Positions 20,238-28,775 are shown, numbered from the stretch's first letter. The stretch: 32,000 nucleotides of DNA from Nostoc punctiforme PCC 73102 (GCF_000020025.1 NC_010628.1:810001-842000), one strand, 5' to 3'. Translations and numbers: made by a program. Notes: a model not told the origin generated them from the letters alone.

Positions 20238-20239
20238 CT

Positions 20240-20899
20240 ATGGCAAAAATTTTCTCAGTCCATCCGGATAATCCTCAAATTCGTCGAATAGAGGAAATAA
20301 AGTCGGCGCTTTCTAGTGGCGCAGTCATGCTTTACCCTACTGATACAGTTTATGCGATCGGTTGTGATTTGAATGCTAAGTCGGCGGTAGAACGAGTGCG
20401 GCAAATTAAACAGCTAGCAAATGATAAACCACTGACATTTTTATGTCCCTCGCTTTCAAATGTGGCAACTTATGCCTTCGTAAGTGACACAGCCTATCGG
20501 ATTATGAAACGCCTGATTCCAGGGCCATACACGTTTTTGCTCCCAGCAACTAAATTAGTACCGCGATTGGTGCAAAGCCCCAAGCGGAAAAGTACTGGAA
20601 TTAGAGTACCAAACCATACTGTGTGTTTGGAGTTGCTGGCAGCTTTGGGCAATCCGATTATTTCAACTTCAGCACATCTGCCAGCAGATGAAGCAGATAA
20701 TGGCATGATTCGGATAGATCCAGAAACTGTTCAGTCGCGGGTAGAGCTATTTGACCGTTTGGACAAGTTGGTAGACATAATTGTAGACACTGGCGAAGAA
20801 CCTACTTATGAGGTCTCTACCATCTTAGATATGACCGGAGACGAAGCAGCAATTATACGGAGGGGTTTAGGTTGGGAAGCAGCAGCAGCATGGGTATAA
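20240..20899 (+). CDS. tsaC: L-threonylcarbamoyladenylate synthase (YrdC/Sua5/TsaC family)
   Basis: 219 aa ORF with YrdC-domain blocks: VMLYPTDTVYAIGCDL, DKPLTFLC, PGPYTFLLPA, GIRVPNH, PIISTSA and STILDMTG. Confidence 0.8.
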   Translation: MAKIFSVHPDNPQIRRIEEIKSALSSGAVMLYPTDTVYAIGCDLNAKSAVERVRQIKQLANDKPLTFLCPSLSNVATYAFVSDTAYRIMKRLIPGPYTFLLPATKLVPRLVQSPKRKSTGIRVPNHTVCLELLAALGNPIISTSAHLPADEADNGMIRIDPETVQSRVELFDRLDKLVDIIVDTGEEPTYEVSTILDMTGDEAAIIRRGLGWEAAAAWV

Positions 20900-21295
20900 G
20901 AATGAGACTTCACAGGCACACCTCTCCGTTTCGGAAATTGTGATAAAAGCAACTCCAGTTTTTAAATTGTCATATTTAAACGTGATGTCTATGACGGGCA
21001 CAGATGCAATAACAGGATGGTGGTAACAGTCAGTACAGCAAGGGATTTGACAATTTTGAGAAAATGGTGGGTACTCATGTATCCGCGTCAATGTGGTGGC
21101 TTGTGAAAGAACCGACACATTGGCATAACTGTAACTCTCTCGTATTTCCTACAGTTTTATATATGAGCTTTAGATGTGAGCATTATATGGGGCAAGTCTT
21201 AATTGATAAATGTCCAAAGATTCACAAGCCTTGGCCGGCCTTGATTGCTGTGTCTGCGTTGTAATTACGGTGCAATACTACTCCCTGGAAAAGTC

Positions 21296-22513
21296 ATGAA
21301 AGCTAACGTCATCAATCTACCAAACTCTACACCCATTTTTGAAAACCACCTTTCGACCGAAGAATTTTCAGACAGCAGCGAAACCTTGATTGAATTGCTG
21401 TGTCAAGAAATGCAAGCACAAGTGAAAGCAGCACCCAGGTGTGTAGAAGCTTTAGCAAACCGCATAGCCGTAGAAGTAGAACGCATTTGCGATAAAAGCT
21501 CGCGCATCCAAACATCTGGGCAAATCAAATCCTGGCAGATTACGTTGGGAAGGCATCGGATGCAAAAGTGCTTACGTTACTACCAACTAGGTTCCAAACA
21601 AGGGCGGGTGGAATTACATAGTAATTTGGGTGCTATGGTTTACCGCCATGTAACTTTATCTGGCTCTGAGTTGGGCTTTGATGCTCGTTACAGCCTAATT
21701 GAAGATTTTTTACAAGCATTTTATATCGAAGCTATCAAAGCTTTCCGCAGAGAAAACGAACTACCTCACGATCACACACCGCGTACTCAGCTGCAATTAG
21801 CTGAATATATGGCGTTTACAGAACAGTACGCCAAACGCCGCATCAATTTACCTGGTGGTGCAAATCAGCAATTGATTATCCTGCGGGCCCAAGGTTTTGC
21901 TCGTCGTCAGCCACAAGAGACTACCGTGGATATTGAAATGGCGGTGGAGTCTGCTAAGGGTGAAGAAGCAGAATCTTACCAGCGTAACTCGGCGGTGCAA
22001 CAGTTGCGATCGCAGATGATTGCCCAAACTAATTTCGATCCATCTGAAGAGTCAGAACGCGATCGCGTCATCACTGAATTGATGAAATATCTGGAGTCTC
22101 AAGGTCAATCTGATTGTATGAACTACCTCAGCTTGAAGCTTCAAGACCTCTCAGCCCCAGAAATTGACCAAATTCTTGGTTTAACCAGCCGTCAGCGCGA
22201 TTATCTCCAACAACGCTTTAAATACCACGTAGAAAAGTTTGCCAAACAACACCATTGGCAATTGGTACATCAATGGTTAGGTGCGGGTTTAGAGCAAAAG
22301 TTGGGTTTATCTTCCCAACAGTGGGAAATCTTTGTGAATCAACTTACAGAACAACAACAGCAAATATTACAGTTGAAAACTGCAAGGCAAACTGACCAAG
22401 CGATCGCAAAAACTATCAAATGCACCCCCAAACAGTTACAAAAGCGCTGGACTCAACTATTAGAACTAGCATGGTCTATCCGCAACGGTCATACTGAAGC
22501 ACAAACAGGTTGA
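21296..22513 (+). CDS. HetZ-related protein (putative DNA-binding regulator family of heterocystous/filamentous cyanobacteria)
   Basis: The track ORF starts at TTG 21245. I prefer ATG 21296 (MKANVINLPN...). Blocks LRYYQLGSKQGRVELHSNLGAMVYRH, IEDFLQAFYIEAIKAFRRENEL, LAEYMAFTEQYAKRRI, QQLIILRAQGF and LGLTSRQRDYLQQRFKYH match my recollection of Anabaena HetZ. No patU5/patU3-like neighbours are present. Confidence 0.7.
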   Translation: MKANVINLPNSTPIFENHLSTEEFSDSSETLIELLCQEMQAQVKAAPRCVEALANRIAVEVERICDKSSRIQTSGQIKSWQITLGRHRMQKCLRYYQLGSKQGRVELHSNLGAMVYRHVTLSGSELGFDARYSLIEDFLQAFYIEAIKAFRRENELPHDHTPRTQLQLAEYMAFTEQYAKRRINLPGGANQQLIILRAQGFARRQPQETTVDIEMAVESAKGEEAESYQRNSAVQQLRSQMIAQTNFDPSEESERDRVITELMKYLESQGQSDCMNYLSLKLQDLSAPEIDQILGLTSRQRDYLQQRFKYHVEKFAKQHHWQLVHQWLGAGLEQKLGLSSQQWEIFVNQLTEQQQQILQLKTARQTDQAIAKTIKCTPKQLQKRWTQLLELAWSIRNGHTEAQTG

Positions 22514-22912
22514 AGCTAAGGTGAAATAACTAAAAGACATTACTGAAGCTTATAACTGGGACGAGGAGCGCGAATTTAGCTTATACACCAAGTATAAAAT
22601 TCCATTAATTAGTAGCGAATTTCTTGCGTGCCTCTGCGCTTCCTTCTGCACCCCTATGTGTTTAAATTTCACCCTCAATTTGCCAGGAGTTTCCACAAAT
22701 AACTCTTATCTGAATTACTAACTCGTTCCTCATCCAAATTATTAATACATTTGTATTTATTTAGTACAAAAATACCAATAATTTCCGAATTTTTACCCAT
22801 TAATCCAACCTTGTTTACGTCAGAATAAAAAATTCATATTAAGAAACTGACCCTTTTTTACTGCTTCTGTGAAATCCTATAATTAGTAGGACTTTTGGCA
22901 GAGGGATTTAGG

Positions 22913-23389
22913 ATGGCTCTGACTCAAGGCGGACGGGCAAATAAGTCGGGGAATATTTTAGAAGGAAATGTTGAAGCAATCTTAAATGGACATAATTATT
23001 TCCAAGTAGGGAACTATGTCCCAAAAGAATTTATACTAAATGCTGCTTTATTACCAAAGCGCTATGGAAAAGAAGTTTATATTGGAACTGGGATTTATCA
23101 TACCGATTTGAAGGTTGATTTTTATGTTGTTGGCTCACCTGCAATGCCATCTGGTTTAATTTTCGAGTGCAAATGGCAAGAAAGCCCCGGTTCTGTCGAT
23201 GAAAAGTTTCCTTACTTGAATATGAACATTCAGCACTATTACCCTGCACCAACTATTGTCATTTTAGGCGGTGAAGGTATGCGAGAAGGCGCAAGCAAAT
23301 GGCTAAAAGCAAGAGTTAATGATAACCATAATTTATTAGCAGTTTATAGCTTAGACAGATTTATTGCCTGGGCAAATAAAAATCTTTAA
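22913..23389 (+). CDS. Small PD-(D/E)XK-type nuclease candidate (putative type II restriction endonuclease)
   Basis: The track ORF starts at TTG 22895. ATG 22913 is preceded by gagggatttagg. A candidate catalytic motif is HTDLKVDFYVVG...GLIFECKWQ (D ... E-x-K). The 3' end overlaps the convergent Dam-family methyltransferase by 29 bp. The DNA is AT-rich and HIP1-free. Confidence 0.55.
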   Translation: MALTQGGRANKSGNILEGNVEAILNGHNYFQVGNYVPKEFILNAALLPKRYGKEVYIGTGIYHTDLKVDFYVVGSPAMPSGLIFECKWQESPGSVDEKFPYLNMNIQHYYPAPTIVILGGEGMREGASKWLKARVNDNHNLLAVYSLDRFIAWANKNL

Positions 23390-24218
23390 AAGATGTAATT
23401 AATAGTTCGTCAATCATACCTCTATTTTTTATATTGGAGTTAATTGATCGGGCTGCTTTGATTTTGTAAGCTTCAAAATTGATATCTGTATAAATATTTC
23501 TAATAAATTCGCTATCAGAATTACAGACCATAACTTTAACACCACGACTTGCCAACTCGGCACAAGTATCTCTTAAAACTTCTTGGTCTTTTTTACTAAA
23601 ACAATTTTGACTATAAGCGGTGAAATAGCTAGTCTCACTGATAGGATGATAGGGTGGGTCAAAAAATACAAAGTCATCACTACTAGTTGCATGATTTAAT
23701 ACTTCTGTAAAATCTGCTTGTTTAATTTCTGCATAATAAAGCGCTTCTGATGCAGCTTGCAGCAAAACCTCAGAACAAATATTGGGATTTTCATATCTGC
23801 CTAAAGGCACATTGAACTTTCCCTGTGAATTGACTCGATAAAGACCATTAAAACAAGTCTTATTAAGATAAATTAGACGAGCTGCTTTTTCTAGATCAGT
23901 CCCACCGGAGTTGTTTCGGACACTATAATAATAATCTTTATTATGTCGGATTTTATGCTCTTTTAATAGAGAAATTAATTCTTCAACACGATCTCTAACA
24001 CAACAATAAGTGTTAATTAATTCGGCGTTAATATCAGTTAAAGTTGCTGCCTTGGGTTGGAGATAGAAAAAAACAGCACCACCACCTAAGAATGGTTCAT
24101 AGTAATTTTTATAACTTTTGGGAAAATAAGGAATATATTGCTGTATCAACCTACTTTTACCCCCTGCCCACTTTAAAAATGGACGCGGGCTAGTTTCCTT
24201 GGGGATTTGAATTACCAT
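23361..24218 (-). CDS. Dam-family (D12 class, alpha-type) N6-adenine DNA methyltransferase
   Basis: 285 aa ORF. It has PFLKWAGGKSRL, motif I (YYEPFLGGGAVFF), YLNKTCFNGLYRVN and motif IV (FFDPPYHP). The order SAM motif, then TRD, then DPPY defines the alpha class. Confidence 0.9.
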   Translation of the reverse strand: MVIQIPKETSPRPFLKWAGGKSRLIQQYIPYFPKSYKNYYEPFLGGGAVFFYLQPKAATLTDINAELINTYCCVRDRVEELISLLKEHKIRHNKDYYYSVRNNSGGTDLEKAARLIYLNKTCFNGLYRVNSQGKFNVPLGRYENPNICSEVLLQAASEALYYAEIKQADFTEVLNHATSSDDFVFFDPPYHPISETSYFTAYSQNCFSKKDQEVLRDTCAELASRGVKVMVCNSDSEFIRNIYTDINFEAYKIKAARSINSNIKNRGMIDELLITSFKDFYLPRQ

Positions 24219-24383
24219 TTACTTGCGATTTAACTGAAAATAATCGTGACTAAATAAAGCCAATATAACCGACGAGGCATATTTTATATTAGCTGGCTAA
24301 TTTTCCGGCTGCATAGATTACAATTGAGTTGATAAAGCATATCAAAACAAACGTAAGTATATAACAAGGCAGTTTAGATTCAG

Positions 24384-24590
24384 ATGTTTGACGGATTTTG
24401 GGATAACGTCTTTCGCTACCCCCGGTACTTAATTACTATCGTCTTAGGGCTGTTTTTGAACACCTTTGCGCCATTAGTGCCACTGTTGAAGCGCCCTGTT
24501 ACCTTAATCGCCCTTTTAGGTTTATTTGTGAGCAGCCTAGTCTTTCTTACTTTCACCCTACGGGCAATGCTGGGCTTGAGTGCAATCTAG
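24384..24590 (+). CDS. ycf33: Ycf33/DUF751-family small membrane protein
   Basis: 68 aa ORF. MFDGFWDNVFRYPRYLITIVLGLF is followed by a second hydrophobic helix, which matches the conserved Ycf33 opening (FWDNVFR.PR). Confidence 0.7.
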   Translation: MFDGFWDNVFRYPRYLITIVLGLFLNTFAPLVPLLKRPVTLIALLGLFVSSLVFLTFTLRAMLGLSAI

Positions 24591-24697
24591 ACTAGCGCTA
24601 TATCGGGGCTATGCCCTACAGACGGTTGCTCTTGGCATTGCTTTCGCTAAGTACTGTCTACCCAAATTGCATCTATTTTTGTCGTACAACCTCTGTC

Positions 24698-24703
24698 AGG
24701 AGG
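24698..24703 (+). promoter_or_regulatory. Shine-Dalgarno sequence of rbfA
   Basis: AGGAGG lies 10 nt upstream of the ATG at 24714. Confidence 0.6.
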
Positions 24704-24713
24704 CGAAATTTTT

Positions 24714-25133
24714 ATGGCTACAAATCGCCGGGTTTCCCGCGTTGCAGAATTGATCAAACGGGAAGTTAGCCAAATGCTGCTCAACGGCATTAAGGATGAC
24801 CGTGTGGGTACAGGAATGGTAAGTGTGACTGATGTTGATGTTTCTGGCGATCTCCAACACGCCAAAATCTACGTCAGTATCTATGGTACAGATGAAGCTA
24901 AGGTAGAAACAATGGCAGGCTTAAAGTCAGCCACAGGTTACGTCCGCAGTGAACTTGGGGCGCGGGTACGGCTACGTCGTACACCAGAAGTCATCTTTCT
25001 CGAAGATCGTTCCATAGAACGTGGTAACAAGGTACTGGCACTACTAAGCCAACTCAATCACGATCGTCCGCCAGAAAATCTGTTAGCAGTAGAAGACAAC
25101 ACAGATGAAGATGATGAATCATTTAGTGAATAA
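24714..25133 (+). CDS. rbfA: 30S ribosome-binding factor A
   Basis: 139 aa ORF with [26 protein letters not shown]...[20 protein letters not shown]...[18 protein letters not shown], plus an acidic C-terminal tail. Confidence 0.9.
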   Translation: MATNRRVSRVAELIKREVSQMLLNGIKDDRVGTGMVSVTDVDVSGDLQHAKIYVSIYGTDEAKVETMAGLKSATGYVRSELGARVRLRRTPEVIFLEDRSIERGNKVLALLSQLNHDRPPENLLAVEDNTDEDDESFSE

Positions 25134-25194
25134 GTAACTTCAATAACAATGTAAATTCAGAACAATTAATCTCAGCAAATCCGCCAAACAGTTT

Positions 25195-25223
25195 ACAGAC
25201 GTGACTAGATCGCGTCTGTTTTA
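25195..25223 (+). terminator. Rho-independent terminator candidate for rbfA
   Basis: acagacg (25195-25201) pairs with cgtctgt (25213-25219) and can be extended by two inner pairs. It is followed by TTTTA and lies about 60 nt after the rbfA stop. Confidence 0.6.
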
Positions 25224-25389
25224 ATGTAACCATAACTTAGTTCAGCGATCGGTAGTTGCATCTATACGCTTTATGTTTGCCTTGGCTTTCGTCTTGACTC
25301 TACTAGGACTTACGCAAAACTACACGCGGTAGGGGCAATACCCTGTGGGTACTTCGTTGGAGAATCCGTAGAGTTGCCGCTTTTCTAGA

Positions 25390-25411
25390 GACGCTCCGCA
25401 TAGCTTGCTTC
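25390..25411. repeat. Copy of a short dispersed intergenic repeat; the second copy is at 18659-18694
   Basis: gacgctc plus the exact 11-mer tagcttgcttc occurs at 25390-25411 and, with different spacing, at 18659-18694. Both copies are intergenic. Confidence 0.5.
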
Positions 25412-25610
25412 GACCTAGGAGTATGCGTCTACATGAATTGCCGCTAACTGAAAATTATGGTTTTGGCTGTACCCTGCGGGAAGCTAACGCAACGGTGGCT
25501 TCAAATCTTAGGGGTTGAATCCCCAACTGATTTGCTCCTCCTGCCTTTACTCAACCCTTGTACAGATGTTTATCAAAAGAAAACTGTGTAATATTAGTGC
25601 TGAAAATAAC

Positions 25611-25810
25611 TAAGCAATTGCAATTTTACTTAAGAAATTGTTAACAGATGATAGGGTAAAAGCTTTCGTAGTGTACTTTAGCCGTTATGTTTTGCAACAG
25701 TTTATACCCTAGTATCTGACAAATATTCTTGTGTTGTTTACCCTTAGATAAATACCAGCAGTTCTAGATCCGGCTTTAAGGTAATTATTTGATATGTAAG
25801 CAATTGCAAT
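25611..25810. repeat. Two exact copies of the 14-mer TAAGCAATTGCAAT, 186 bp apart
   Basis: The copies are at 25611-25624 and 25797-25810. Each contains the palindrome GCAATTGC. Both lie in non-coding DNA. Confidence 0.6.
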
Positions 25811-26133
25811 ATGAATTCTTACCACCCAGCAAATCTTGCCTAAATACAGTAATGGCAAGACTTTCAGACTTGTTGCATAAAAACCATACAACCGCCATAG
25901 CAGGTTAAGTTAACTACTCGGAATTTTTTTTGTAAAGCTGATTTTCGAGAAATGTCAGGATTCGTTGACTTTCTTAACATTTCTTGAGATAATTTCAGGA
26001 GATGTAGCGTCAAAATAAAAATAGTTCCGTATAGCAAACTACAAAATCTTAGCCACAAGTCTAATTTCTGTAATGTTTGTTCCTAATTATTAACGGGAAC
26101 ACTATCGTAAGTGTTAATTTGTGAGTAAAAACC

Positions 26134-26370
26134 ATGAGTGTGAATACGGTGCCTTCTATCAATTACTACTCTCTCGATTTGATCCAAGACGAAGCACGTC
26201 GACTGGTGCAAAAGGGAATGATTAGCCGACAACAGCCAATATATACCCTCTGCCAATACATTCCAGCGAGAGAGTGGGTTTGCGTTGAATGTGAATTAGA
26301 GAAATGTGACTTTTTGTTGCGCGATCGCATTGGCGACCTAATTGGTCGTGAACAGTGGGACAACGACTAA
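26134..26370 (+). CDS. Small hypothetical protein (78 aa)
   Basis: ATG-initiated ORF containing a HIP1 site (host-like sequence). It has a CxxC pair (WVCVECELEKC) and no recognisable family motif. Confidence 0.45.
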   Translation: MSVNTVPSINYYSLDLIQDEARRLVQKGMISRQQPIYTLCQYIPAREWVCVECELEKCDFLLRDRIGDLIGREQWDND

Positions 26371-26625
26371 ATCAATGTTTGATTTCGGGTTTGGGGTTGG
26401 GGGTTAATTTTCGATGTGTGGATGTCACAATCAACGATCCTACGCCCAATTTGGGGAATAATCTCTGGTTTTTAATGAGCATTGCCCCATACAGAATCTT
26501 GCGTTTGTCATTAACACAGAAGCATTGGAGTCTTAATTTATATAAGTTTTCAAGTTAAAGAAGGCATCAGAACCATTTTTTCTGTATATGCTGGTGCTAC
26601 AGCTTGAGTTTAATATGTAAATTCG

Positions 26626-26672
26626 GTGAAGCTCCTACATTGATCCGATAGAAGTGTAGGAACTTCACTTTT
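26626..26672 (+). terminator. Strong plus-strand intrinsic terminator-like hairpin with no adjacent annotated gene
   Basis: gtgaagctcctaca (26626-26639) pairs with tgtaggaacttcac (26655-26668) at 13 of 14 positions, with a 15-nt loop, followed by TTTT (26669-26672). On the minus strand no T-run follows. Confidence 0.6.
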
Positions 26673-26896
26673 GACTCACAATTGACAGCATCGCTTACTT
26701 TAGGGAAGCGATCGCTTGCTTGCTGTTCAAAGGTAGAATCCGTCTGGAAAAGTTTGCTCAGTCGGGCTAACCGACACCAGTTGCAACAATAGAGGAGACC
26801 TCCGCAAGTAACTGGCTCAACTTTCGCAAAATCCCAAATTTGTATAGGATTATTTGTTAAAAAATCTCTAAAAGCAGAGAAAAATTATATAAACGA

Positions 26897-27250
26897 TTAT
26901 CCGACCTGCTCTAAATATTGATTAATGTCTTCAATAATACGGGTAAGTTCAGCTTCAGTAGTCAAGCGGATGTTGACGTTGCGGACAGTGAGCAAAACTT
27001 TGGCTGCGAAAGGCGTTGGCCAGATATTAGGATTACAGAAAATTTCTAAAAATACTTCACCAGTGTAACGATATTCCATTGGAGGCTGGGGAGTGACTTT
27101 CCCGCCGCCAGGAGTGGGTTTAGCGGCGACAGCTTTCAAGCGCTCCATCAGTTGATCTGTCGCTGTCTTTAATTCTCGTGCTGCTTGGGGTGAAAAACTG
27201 AAGGAGACAGAACCTTCAATTAGGTTCAATGTTAGAGGAATTGAAGACAT
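26897..27250 (-). CDS. Conserved-looking hypothetical protein (117 aa)
   Basis: ATG-initiated ORF with no overlap and balanced composition: MSSIPLTLNLIEGSVSFSFSPQAARELK...EYRYTGEVFLEIFCNPNIWPTPFAAKVLLTVRNVNIRLTTEAELTRIIEDINQYLEQ. I do not recognise the family. Confidence 0.55.
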   Translation of the reverse strand: MSSIPLTLNLIEGSVSFSFSPQAARELKTATDQLMERLKAVAAKPTPGGGKVTPQPPMEYRYTGEVFLEIFCNPNIWPTPFAAKVLLTVRNVNIRLTTEAELTRIIEDINQYLEQVG

Positions 27251-27419
27251 AAGTTTTTATTAAAGCTTATTGATAAGTACTAATCTTACCGGAAGAAGAG
27301 ACGAAGCCGCCGAGATCGACGGCAGCGAACCCCACTTTTTTGAGGATGTACCCTAGCCTTGGCACTGATATCATCGCCAGACAGATTTACACGATCGGAC
27401 TTTTCTTCGTTCTGCTGTA

Positions 27420-28166
27420 TCAGGCTGCAAAGCCGCCATCAATCTTCAGGCTTGCACCGGTGATGAAACCAGCTTCTGCACTGGCGAGATAGGAAACCAT
27501 CTCGGCGACTTCTTCTGTTCGACCATACCGTTGGAGGGCAATCATACTTTTCATGGTGTCGGCAAAGGGACCTTCCGCCGGATTCATGTCAGTGTCTATC
27601 GGGCCGGGTTGAATATTGTTCACCGTGATGCCACGAGGGCCGAGATCGCGGGCAAGACCGCGTGTGAAGCTTGCAATCGCACCCTTGGTCAAAGCGTAAA
27701 CAGAGCCGCCAGCAAAAGGCATTATGTCACTGTTGACACTGCCAATCATAACGATCCGTCCGCCCTCACCCATGTGGCGAACAGCCTCCTGAGTTGCCAC
27801 AAAGACACCCTTGATGTTAACCGCAATCAGCCGATCAAAATCATCCATTGAGAATTGATCGATTGGGGCTAAAGTGGCGACCCCCGCATTGTTCACGAGA
27901 ATGTCAAGACGACCAAAGGCTTTCACTGTCTCGGCAACAGCGTTTTTCACGGCTTCGACATTGGCACTGTCGGCGCGAAGAGCCAGGGCTTTTCCAGCAG
28001 CCGCTTCGATGGCAAGCACTACCTCGTCGGCTTTTTGCGGCGAGCTAGTGTATGTGAGAGCGACGATTGCACCATCGTTTGCGAGACGTTTGGCGATCGC
28101 TGCTCCCAGACCGCGTGAGCCGCCTGTTACCAATGCCACCTTACCTGTAAGTTTTTTGGTACTCAT
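27420..28166 (-). CDS. Short-chain dehydrogenase/reductase (classical SDR, FabG-like)
   Basis: 248 aa ORF with TGGSRGLGAAIA, NNAG, a catalytic S...YALTK and a PGPIDT motif. It is visibly more GC-rich than the surrounding DNA. Confidence 0.9.
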   Translation of the reverse strand: MSTKKLTGKVALVTGGSRGLGAAIAKRLANDGAIVALTYTSSPQKADEVVLAIEAAAGKALALRADSANVEAVKNAVAETVKAFGRLDILVNNAGVATLAPIDQFSMDDFDRLIAVNIKGVFVATQEAVRHMGEGGRIVMIGSVNSDIMPFAGGSVYALTKGAIASFTRGLARDLGPRGITVNNIQPGPIDTDMNPAEGPFADTMKSMIALQRYGRTEEVAEMVSYLASAEAGFITGASLKIDGGFAA

Positions 28167-28775
28167 AATATTCCTGATTGAAACTTGCCGTCTGAGGAAA
28201 ATTGACCTTCGGAATTATATGGCTCAAGTTCTTACGCAAACTCATAAGAGGATTAAATTTTCACTCATCCCTCTGGCTTGTTAATTTGTTTTTAGTGAGG
28301 GGAACGTCAAAACTCACCCCTAGGTTTACTAATTATTCGAAAACCTGTAAATATTTTTCGATTTTGCTGCTCAAATTTTGACCATTTTTTGAATGAAGCG
28401 CAGGCTTATTTATCCTTTTAGTGTAGTAAATAACACTTATTAAGCTCATCATTTATCCTAAGTAAGGATACACCTCTGATGGTCGTCATAATATCTCTAG
28501 ATACAATTTTGTCTGGAGTAACTGGATGTATAAATAACAAAATTAATTAAAATATTTCTAGAATTAATGCTAAAAATATGCTGTTATTTATAAAGGCAAT
28601 TACTAATAGCTATAAAGCTTGTAGCTGCTGTTAGTTATAAATAATCTCAACAGAATGGTATAAAAGATAGAGTCTATAGAGAGACTTAATTCTTACTGCG
28701 TAAGACTTTGATACATTTTATTTGTGTTTTGAGTTCTACATTAGAAGTCATATAACTTGATGTGATAAATTATCT

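Noticed and set aside
20867-21264. 83-aa Cys-rich minus ORF and 66-aa plus ORF upstream of the HetZ-related gene
   Set aside because: The minus ORF overlaps the 3' end of the tsaC-like gene, and its run of CCCC residues comes from gcagcagcagca read antisense. The plus ORF has no support. I considered a patU5-like small gene but saw no resemblance I could defend.
25505-25530. tRNA T-arm look-alike (aggggttgaatcccca)
   Set aside because: The loop reads TTGAAT rather than the canonical T-psi-C (TTCGAAT/TTCAAAT) 7-nt loop. The stem has only 4 bp, and I could not build acceptor, D or anticodon arms from the upstream sequence.
27531-28284. 106-, 66- and 136-aa plus-strand ORFs antisense to the SDR gene
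   Set aside because: These are Arg/Ala/Ser-rich translations, as expected from stop-codon paucity in GC-rich DNA. The SDR frame carries all the catalytic motifs.
28294-28322. HetR-site look-alike (gtgaggggaacgtcaaaactcacccct)
   Set aside because: The HetR operator is an inverted repeat (GAGGGG-N5-CCCCTC). Here the second half is CACCCC in direct rather than inverted orientation, and the spacing is wrong.
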